Assembly: GCA_045589035.1 (NCBI GenBank) | Contig: JAZNFJ010000062.1 | Span: forward strand, 1-21,298 | Length of the DNA stretch: 21,298 bases | Direction of reading: 5' to 3' | DNA from: Candidatus Avilachnospira sp. | GTDB lineage: Bacteria > Bacillota > Clostridia > Oscillospirales > Oscillospiraceae | Part shown: positions 15,335-21,298 of the stretch, in pieces | Layout: each line of letters starts with the position of its first letter | Position numbering within the stretch: position 1 is the first letter of the stretch | Notes under the pieces: model-generated | Seen by the model: the letters and a program-made list of their open reading frames with translations, nothing else | Databases searched by the model: none | What the model was told of the DNA's origin: nothing | Translations under genes and position numbers: made by a program

Positions 15335-15733
15335 ATGAATGCCATCGCTGCCCATGTGACCGGTTTCCAGCACATCGGTCTGCCTACCAATGATATTGAA
15401 AAGACCATCGCCTTTTATGAGAAGCTGGGTTTTGAAGTCGTCCGCCGGGAGGATATCCCCTCTGACAAGGTGGCTTTCCTGAAGCTGAAGAACATGGTCA
15501 TCGAAACCTATGAGAGCAAGTCCGGCCCCTGCGCCAAGGGCTTTGACGGTGCCATCGACCATGTGGCGTTGGATGTGGACGATGTGGAAGCTGCCTTTGA
15601 AGCTGTGAAGGCTGCCGGTTTGACTCCCATGACCGAAGAGATTCAGTATCTGCCTTTCTGGGACAAGGGTTTCCGCTTCTTCAAGGTTCTGGGTCCCAAC
15701 AACGAGCCTGTGGAATTCGGTCAGATCCTGTAA
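15335..15733 (+). CDS. VOC-family (glyoxalase I / bleomycin-resistance fold) protein
   Basis: 132 aa from the ATG at 15335 (SD AAGGAGAG 7 nt upstream). FQHIGLPT...VIETYE...IDHVALDV...VEFGQ gives the H/E/H/E metal-ligand pattern of the VOC fold. The track start at 15284 has no SD. Confidence 0.85.
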   Translation: MNAIAAHVTGFQHIGLPTNDIEKTIAFYEKLGFEVVRREDIPSDKVAFLKLKNMVIETYESKSGPCAKGFDGAIDHVALDVDDVEAAFEAVKAAGLTPMTEEIQYLPFWDKGFRFFKVLGPNNEPVEFGQIL

Positions 15734-15740
15734 TATCATC

Positions 15741-15771
15741 AAAAAAGCCGCTGCGTTTGCAGCGGCTTTTT
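15741..15771. terminator. Bidirectional intrinsic terminator (VOC gene + / DUF2207 gene -)
   Basis: AAAAAAGCCGCTGC-gttt-GCAGCGGCTTTTT: a perfect stem with an A-run on the left and a T-run on the right. Confidence 0.85.
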
Positions 15772-15772
15772 C

Positions 15773-17569
15773 TTATCGTCCGATGGAGATGCTCAGCATA
15801 TCCAGAGCATCCATATAGTGATTATAGAAGGAGTCTACACCGGAAGGCACGCCCCGTGCCATTTCGAACCAATGGCAGGGTTCCAGACGGGCATTGTGGA
15901 AGGCATCGGCAAAGGGATCGCCAAGACCCATTGCCAGGGCATAGGGCAGCATTTTGTAGAAATACTGGGGATCCCGATGAAGCATCTGCAGCATGGCGGT
16001 GGAATCCGATTTGCGGATGGCACGGCGGAAACCTCTGGTCTGACCGAAGAGTTCCCGTCCGTATTCGTTGGGACGGCCACCACTGACGGTGGACCAGGAG
16101 AGGAACGCGGAAACCGCCACGGCAGGTGCCATAAACACACCCACTTCGCCAAGTCCGCCGAGGACCAGAAGCAGCAGACCGCAGGCGGTACCGATGCCGA
16201 CCTTGGCCCAGTTGCTCAGATAGATCCCGGAGAACACACCGCGGAGCAGCATACTGAGGACACAGCCTGCCACCAGACCGAGGAATACGAACAGACCGTG
16301 AACCTTGTCTGGACCAAGGATGTCCATGGCGGCAGCGGTGGCAAGACCGCAGGCCAGATGGGCAATGCCCCGGACCAGGGAAGGGGACAGGCTGCGTCTA
16401 TCGTAGAGCCGTCTGTGCCAGTAGCGGGGAATAATCTCCTGTGCCCGCTGTGCCACCTTCTGGTAGCGGGTACTGGCACCGTCACAGATATCGCTGCTGC
16501 CGAAGAGCAGGTCAAAGAGCCGCTGTTCGAATTTCCGCCGTTCATTGCCCATGGACATCCGCCGGCGGAGGATCACATGGCCGGATTTGTTGACGTAGAA
16601 GGAGAGGTAGCCAAGGGTTGCCCAATGACTCACCAGCAGATTGAAGTTGGCCTTGCTTCCTGCCAGAAGGAAGGGCAGATCGCCGGGATTGACGCCATCG
16701 GGGGGCAGGATGCGGGGACGGGCATGGATGGGAGCACCCTTGATGCCCTGCCACCAGACAACCAGACTCAGAACAGCCAGCACCACAGCGGAGATTCGCA
16801 GAAAGCCATTTCCGCCGCCGGTTTTGAAGTGGCCGGAGAAATAATCCTGAGGCACAGTCAGTGCCATGGAAAGGGAATCGCTGTCCTGCAGAATGTCGTT
16901 GACCGTAGCGGTGACGGCAGTGTCCGTCGTGCTGATGGTCATATAGTCTTCAATCAGATCGCCGTAATATCCGCTGGAGAAGACCGGTGTGGAAGCATAG
17001 ATCTTCGGCAGGTTGACAGCCAGCGCCACCGTGCCCACGGGGTATTTCTGCTGCACCAGCAGGGGCAGATCCAGCTTCAGACTCTCCTCACCGGCGGATA
17101 CCAGATCCTTGACGGTATAGGAAAGGGTGAAGGTCTGTTCACCGCTGAAACCGGCTTTGTTATGTACGGTCAGATACCGCAGATCATTTTCCGTGGCGGA
17201 TTTTGTCCGCCAGCCGGCCACATCCCGGTTTCTGGCATTGAGGGGGAACGCAAAGGTGATGTCCTCCAGAATGCCGAAGATATTCATTTTGATGGTCTGG
17301 GTGATATGGGCTTCTCCCCGCTCATCCACAATACAGGTGATCTCCACCCGCTTGAAGGCAGTGGTGTTTTCCAGAGGGTCGACCTTCTCTTCCACCGGTG
17401 CTTCTTCCATCGCAGGGCCGTCAGACACCTGCACAGCGGAATCTTCATCGTTGAAGCGGGTGATCTCCTCTGGCTGTTCGCCTTCTTCTTCCGGCAGAGG
17501 TTCTGCCATTGCCAGGGGCAAGGTCAGCAGAAGACACAGCAGTGCCAGAACCGCAATGATCCGTTTCAT
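15773..17569 (-). CDS. DUF2207-type membrane protein (secreted N-terminal domain + multi-TM C-terminal region), function unknown
   Basis: 598 aa from the ATG at 17569 (SD AGGAGG 6 nt upstream). It has a signal peptide MKRIIAVLALLCLLLTLPLAMA, an acidic linker, a beta-rich ectodomain, a TM segment, ...PPDGVNPGDLPFLL...HWATLGYLSF..., three or more further TM segments and ...FYKMLPYALAMGL.... The family assignment is from memory of the DUF2207 architecture. Confidence 0.8.
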   Translation of the reverse strand: MKRIIAVLALLCLLLTLPLAMAEPLPEEEGEQPEEITRFNDEDSAVQVSDGPAMEEAPVEEKVDPLENTTAFKRVEITCIVDERGEAHITQTIKMNIFGILEDITFAFPLNARNRDVAGWRTKSATENDLRYLTVHNKAGFSGEQTFTLSYTVKDLVSAGEESLKLDLPLLVQQKYPVGTVALAVNLPKIYASTPVFSSGYYGDLIEDYMTISTTDTAVTATVNDILQDSDSLSMALTVPQDYFSGHFKTGGGNGFLRISAVVLAVLSLVVWWQGIKGAPIHARPRILPPDGVNPGDLPFLLAGSKANFNLLVSHWATLGYLSFYVNKSGHVILRRRMSMGNERRKFEQRLFDLLFGSSDICDGASTRYQKVAQRAQEIIPRYWHRRLYDRRSLSPSLVRGIAHLACGLATAAAMDILGPDKVHGLFVFLGLVAGCVLSMLLRGVFSGIYLSNWAKVGIGTACGLLLLVLGGLGEVGVFMAPAVAVSAFLSWSTVSGGRPNEYGRELFGQTRGFRRAIRKSDSTAMLQMLHRDPQYFYKMLPYALAMGLGDPFADAFHNARLEPCHWFEMARGVPSGVDSFYNHYMDALDMLSISIGR

Positions 17570-17621
17570 ATTAGGCCTCCTATGGTCACGCCCATGGGCG
17601 TTTGTCACAAAATTACACTAC

Positions 17622-17653
17622 ATTATAACACACATTGCAGAAAAAGAAAAGAC
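17622..17653 (-). promoter_or_regulatory. Candidate extended -10 promoter for the DUF2207 gene
   Basis: On the minus strand: TGt-TATAAT (TATAAT = 17622-17627) with a weak -35 (TTTTCT). Confidence 0.35.
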
Positions 17654-17750
17654 CTATGGTATTTCGTCCGAAAACCGCTTTTTGCGATGGGGTTTGACAT
17701 TATTTTTTCGAAAATTGTTTCCGTTTTGCATTCGTTTTGTCATCTTTCCC

Positions 17751-17779
17751 TTTACACCACGGCACTTTTGTGCTATACT
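17751..17779 (+). promoter_or_regulatory. Candidate sigma-70 promoter for murA
   Basis: TTTACA (17751-17756), 17-nt spacer, TGc-TATACT (extended -10, 17774-17779). Confidence 0.55.
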
Positions 17780-17875
17780 GCTCATGGTAAATAATTGTAT
17801 TCGTATTTCCTGTCAGAATCGGTCATACTGAAAGTAGAGTATGGTTCGGATTTGAGGATGAATGAGGGATAGATT

Positions 17876-19171
17876 TTGGTTAAGTATATTATCGAAGGCG
17901 GCGCACCGCTGAACGGAGAGGTCACGATCTCCGGCGCGAAGAATGCGGCGGTTGCCATCCTTCCTGCGACTTTGCTGGTCAACGGCAAATGTCATATTGA
18001 GAATGTACCCGATATTTCCGATGTGCGTCTGCTGCTGGAAATCCTCAGCGATATGGGCGCAGAAATCAGACGGCTCAGCCCCAATACCCTGGAAGTGGAT
18101 TGCAGCAGAGCCAGAAATACAACGGCTCCCATCGATATGGTACGCCGGATCCGCGCTTCCTATTACCTGCTGGGCGCACAGCTGGGCCGCTTCGGTCATG
18201 CCAGAAATGCCATGCCCGGCGGCTGCAACTTCGGTGTCCGTCCCATTGACCAGCACATCAAGGGCTTTGAAGCCATGGGCGCTGTGGTGGAGCAGAGCGG
18301 CGGTTATGTGATCTGCGATGCACCGGAAGGCGGTCTGATGGGCGGCCATGTGTATCTGGATATCGTTTCCGTCGGTGCAACCATGAACATCCTGTTGGCA
18401 GCGGCGCGTGCCGGCGGCATGGCCATCATTGAAAACTGTGCCAAGGAACCCCATATTGTGGATCTTGCCAACTTCCTCAATGCCATGGGTGCCAGAATCT
18501 CCGGCGCAGGCACCGATGTCATCAAGGTCCGCGGTGTGAAAGAACTGCGTGGCGGCAGCTATTCCATCATCCCCGACCAGATCGAAGCCGGCACCTACAT
18601 GGCTGCTGTGGCTGCGGCAGGCGGGGATGTGACCGTTCGCAACGTCATTCCCAAGCACATGGACTGTATTACTGCAAAGCTTCGCGAAATGGGTATGGTC
18701 ATTCAGGAAGAGGATGACAGCATCCGTCTGGAAAAGACACGCCGGCTGAAGCGCGCCAATGTAAAGACCATGCCTTATCCCGGCTTCCCCACGGATATGC
18801 AGCCCCAGATCGCTGTGTGTATGGCTATGGCCAACGGCACCAGCATCGTGACAGAGGGTATTTACGATAACCGCTTCCGTTATACTGCGGAATTGAACCG
18901 CATGGGTGCTCATGTGCAGATCGAAGGCAAGGCTGCCATCATCGACGGTGTCAAGGAGCTCCACGGCTGCGAAGTCCGCGCCTGTGACCTCCGCGCCGGT
19001 GCTGCCATGATCATTGCGGCGCTGGCTGCCGAAGGTACCACGATCATTGAAGATGCCCAGTATATCGAGCGCGGCTACGAAGATATCATCGGCAAGCTGA
19101 CGGCTCTGGGTGCAAAGATCAAGCGGATCGAAACCCATGATCCTTCCCCGTCCAGAAGCGCCGTTGGATAA
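17876..19171 (+). CDS. murA: UDP-N-acetylglucosamine 1-carboxyvinyltransferase
   Basis: 431 aa with a TTG start and SD GAGGGA 6 nt upstream. (M)VKYIIEGGAPLNGEVTISGAKNAAVAILPATLL...PGGCNFGVRPIDQHIKGF (active-site Cys)...GFPTDMQPQ...ERGYEDI. Confidence 0.95.
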   Translation: MVKYIIEGGAPLNGEVTISGAKNAAVAILPATLLVNGKCHIENVPDISDVRLLLEILSDMGAEIRRLSPNTLEVDCSRARNTTAPIDMVRRIRASYYLLGAQLGRFGHARNAMPGGCNFGVRPIDQHIKGFEAMGAVVEQSGGYVICDAPEGGLMGGHVYLDIVSVGATMNILLAAARAGGMAIIENCAKEPHIVDLANFLNAMGARISGAGTDVIKVRGVKELRGGSYSIIPDQIEAGTYMAAVAAAGGDVTVRNVIPKHMDCITAKLREMGMVIQEEDDSIRLEKTRRLKRANVKTMPYPGFPTDMQPQIAVCMAMANGTSIVTEGIYDNRFRYTAELNRMGAHVQIEGKAAIIDGVKELHGCEVRACDLRAGAAMIIAALAAEGTTIIEDAQYIERGYEDIIGKLTALGAKIKRIETHDPSPSRSAVG

Positions 19172-19185
19172 AAAAATCAAAATCA

Positions 19186-19210
19186 GTCATCCTCAGGATG
19201 ACGGATTTTT
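19186..19210. terminator. Terminator hairpin between the convergent murA and DUF1624 genes
   Basis: GTCATCC-tca-GGATGAC (7-bp stem) followed by GGATTTTT on the + strand, with an A-rich tract on the left. Confidence 0.6.
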
Positions 19211-19212
19211 GT

Positions 19213-19911
19213 TTATACAAACAGTTGAATGATCCCGTACAGAATTGGCTGATGGAGCAGATAGAGCAGCAGGGAATGTCTGCCGCACCAGCAGAGGAAG
19301 GGAAAGCGATAAGGAAATGCGGGCAGCAGGCTTTGCTTGTTTTTGTAGACAGTCCTGCCGAGAACCGCGCCCAGGAAAAACCAGCCCAGGAAAGGAAAAA
19401 GGGGAAAGAAATCTCCGGAGGTGAAGCCCTTGGAGGTGAGTCCCAGAGGGAAGAGCCATGGAATGGATACGGTGACGGTGTCAAAATAAAAACCCAGAAC
19501 AAGAATGGCAGCGGACAGTGCAGCCAATAGAACAGAGGGGAATTTTTGAAAAAGCGGCCAAAGAAGCATGCACAGTCCCAGCAGATGCAGCACACCGAAC
19601 CAAATGATCAGCGAGGGGTGCAGAAAGCCCAGTTTGGCCATGACCCAGGTGACGGCGGTGATGACCATGGCGAAGCCAAAGACCTGCAGACCCCGGCGGA
19701 TGGGTCGTTTTCCGAGGGTCACACACAAGCCGGAAAGCACCACGAAGAATATACCGACGGCTTTATTGTACAGCTGCATCAGAGGGTGCTGCAGATAAGG
19801 CAGTCCGAAAAAGACCTCCAGATCAAAGAGCAGGTGCAGACCGATGACACCGAGAATGCTGATGCCCCGCAGGGCATCCAGTTCCCAGATTCGCTGATGG
19901 TTCACTTTCAT
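19213..19911 (-). CDS. DUF1624 / heparan-alpha-glucosaminide N-acetyltransferase-like polytopic membrane protein
   Basis: 232 aa from the ATG at 19911: MKVNHQRIWELDALRGISILGVIGLHLLFD..., with ~7-8 hydrophobic segments and ending ...HSLLLYLLHQPILYGI. The RIxxLDxxRG start is typical of this family (from memory). The track start at 19965 adds a basic extension with no SD. Confidence 0.8.
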   Translation of the reverse strand: MKVNHQRIWELDALRGISILGVIGLHLLFDLEVFFGLPYLQHPLMQLYNKAVGIFFVVLSGLCVTLGKRPIRRGLQVFGFAMVITAVTWVMAKLGFLHPSLIIWFGVLHLLGLCMLLWPLFQKFPSVLLAALSAAILVLGFYFDTVTVSIPWLFPLGLTSKGFTSGDFFPLFPFLGWFFLGAVLGRTVYKNKQSLLPAFPYRFPFLCWCGRHSLLLYLLHQPILYGIIQLFV

Positions 19912-19977
19912 AGAACACCGCTTCCTGTTTTTTCTTTTATTATAGCATATTTTCTGCCAGTTCACAAACAGGACCCC

Positions 19978-20006
19978 TTTACAAGATGCGACATTTTTTG
20001 TAAAAT
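19978..20006 (+). promoter_or_regulatory. Candidate sigma-70 promoter for the LCP gene
   Basis: TTTACA (19978-19983), 17-nt spacer, TAAAAT (20001-20006). Confidence 0.45.
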
Positions 20007-20038
20007 ATTATGTGAACTACAACCGAGGAGGGATACCC

Positions 20039-21298
20039 GTGCATATAGACGATCTGGAGCAGGAATTGGATGACCTTCTGGATGATATTCATAAAATCAT
20101 AGATGATGAAGAAGAAGTACCGGTGATTTCCGACGAGGAAATGCCGGATATGTCTGCATTCCTGGGAGAGGAATTTGTCGAAGAACCGGCGGTTTCCGAA
20201 CCCAAGTCGGTGCAGAAAAAAGAAGAAAAGCACTGGACACAAAAGCAAAAAGTGCCTTCTTATGTGAAGAAGCTGCAGGAAGATCCCCAGCAGGCTTATG
20301 CCAACTGGCTTTATGAGCAGGGGCAGAGAGAGGCAGAAAAGCAGGAAGAGCAGGTTGTTTTGGAAGAAATAGAAGTGCCGAAGAAGCGTAAACATGGCTT
20401 CCGGAATTTTGTGCTGGTTCTGTTGGCATTGGCCATTGCGGTGCTGGCATTGGTGGTGTTTGTGCTGCCGGAGCAGCCTGTGGCAGAAACAGGTCTGAGT
20501 GACCGCAAAGAGGGCGTTTCCACCATCTTGCTGGCCGGTACGGATATGGGCGGCCTGCGTACCGATACCTTGATGCTGCTGACGGTCAATGCATCGAAAA
20601 AGAGCCTTTCTCTGGTGAGCATTCCCAGAGATACGCTGGTCAACGGTACCTATGCCGTGCCCAAGATCAATGGCGTCTATGCGGCCAACAGCGGCGGCGA
20701 AGAGGGCATTGAGATGCTGATGACCCGTGTTTCCGAGTGCATCGGCTTCCGTCCCGACGGCTATATGATGATCCGTCTGGATGCCTTTGTGGAGCTGGTG
20801 GATGCCCTGGGCGGCGTGACCTTTGATGTGCCGGTGGATATGTACTATAACGACCCGGCGCAGGATCTCCACATTGATCTGGTGGCAGGAACCCAAACCC
20901 TGACCGGCGAAGAAGCCATGGGTGTGGTTCGGTTCCGCAGCGGCTATGCCGATGCAGATCTGGGGCGTGTGCAGGTGCAGCGGGACTTTCTCTCTGCCCT
21001 GATCAAGCAGGCTGTCAGCGTGGAGGGCATTGCCAAATCGCCGCTGCTGCTTCAAATCCTGATGGAACACACCGACAGCAACCTGACCGCCTCCAATTAT
21101 CTGTGGATGGCGGAGAGCCTGCTGCTGATGGATCTGAGTCAGATTCAGACCGTTACCCTGCCCGGCACGCCCCGAACCATCTCCGGCGGCAGCTACTACG
21201 TGCTGGACCCGGAGTCTGTGGCCCAGACCGTCAACACCTACTGCAACCCTTATGAGACAGAGATTACGGCTTCGAACCTGACGATTCGAAGCAATTGA
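20039..21298 (+). CDS. LCP-family (LytR-CpsA-Psr) cell-wall glycopolymer ligase with a long acidic cytoplasmic N-terminus
   Basis: I prefer the GTG start at 20039 (SD GAGGAGGG 6 nt upstream); the track start at 20012 is also a GTG. It has a ~125-aa D/E-rich region, one TM segment (FVLVLLALAIAVLALVVFVL) and then ...ILLAGTDMGGLRTDTLMLLTVN...LVSIPRDT...RFRSGYADADLGRVQVQRDFL... (the LCP domain). Confidence 0.9.
   Translation: MHIDDLEQELDDLLDDIHKIIDDEEEVPVISDEEMPDMSAFLGEEFVEEPAVSEPKSVQKKEEKHWTQKQKVPSYVKKLQEDPQQAYANWLYEQGQREAEKQEEQVVLEEIEVPKKRKHGFRNFVLVLLALAIAVLALVVFVLPEQPVAETGLSDRKEGVSTILLAGTDMGGLRTDTLMLLTVNASKKSLSLVSIPRDTLVNGTYAVPKINGVYAANSGGEEGIEMLMTRVSECIGFRPDGYMMIRLDAFVELVDALGGVTFDVPVDMYYNDPAQDLHIDLVAGTQTLTGEEAMGVVRFRSGYADADLGRVQVQRDFLSALIKQAVSVEGIAKSPLLLQILMEHTDSNLTASNYLWMAESLLLMDLSQIQTVTLPGTPRTISGGSYYVLDPESVAQTVNTYCNPYETEITASNLTIRSN

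Noticed and set aside
12904-15408. 834-aa ORF on the - strand antisense to pnp
   Set aside because: This is the same shadow-ORF signature. pnp on the + strand has unmistakable RNase PH/KH/S1 domains and a strong SD.
15335-15733. Functional link between the VOC/glyoxalase-fold gene and the MGS-like gene (a methylglyoxal pathway)
   Set aside because: The genes are 4 kb apart in separate transcription units, the MGS-like protein looks catalytically dead, and VOC-fold proteins have many unrelated substrates.
15818-17794. 658-aa ORF on the + strand antisense to the DUF2207 gene
   Set aside because: Its H/G/Q-rich composition has no domains. The minus-strand frame has a signal peptide, TM segments, an AGGAGG SD and a terminator, so it is the real gene.
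17813-19180. 455-aa ORF on the - strand antisense to murA
   Set aside because: It is a shadow ORF of an unambiguous murA.
19979-21070. 363-aa ORF on the - strand antisense to the LCP gene
   Set aside because: It is a shadow ORF with H/Q/F-rich nonsense composition and no SD.

Overview
The window looks like a core housekeeping stretch of a GC-rich, Gram-positive-type genome. GGAGG-type ribosome binding sites, YmdB, Jag, LCP and YidD point to Clostridia, possibly an Oscillospiraceae- or Faecalibacterium-like gut anaerobe; this taxon guess is inference only. I support 20 protein-coding genes. In order they are: alaX-type editing protein (partial), ymdB, a cold-shock protein, mgtE, rpmH-rnpA-yidD-yidC-jag, aspS and hisS (minus strand), an MGS-like protein and a MinD-family ATPase. 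These are followed by greA, rpsO-pnp, a VOC/glyoxalase-fold protein, a DUF2207-type membrane protein, murA, a DUF1624-type membrane protein and an LCP-family protein. Most genes have recognisable SD sequences. Several sigma-70-like promoters and about 8 intrinsic terminators can be read directly. I found no rRNA, tRNA, CRISPR array, transposase, integrase, toxin-antitoxin pair or recognisable defence module. I do not see a convincing novel multi-gene system here. The items most worth a second look are: (1) a ~550-bp ORF-free, hairpin-dense region between the convergent jag and aspS terminators, at the point where the usual rpmH...jag-mnmE-mnmG synteny breaks. (2) An orphan MinD-family ATPase (no minC/minE nearby, no C-terminal amphipathic tail) in an apparent operon with an MGS-like protein whose key catalytic residues are substituted. 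(3) hisS-aspS with no T-box leader, preceded instead by a strong terminator hairpin about 27 nt upstream of the start codon. (4) The 430-bp mgtE/rpmH divergent region, which carries two perfect palindromes and has no M-box and no DnaA boxes. The many very long ORFs on the opposite strand of real genes are codon-bias shadow ORFs and were rejected.
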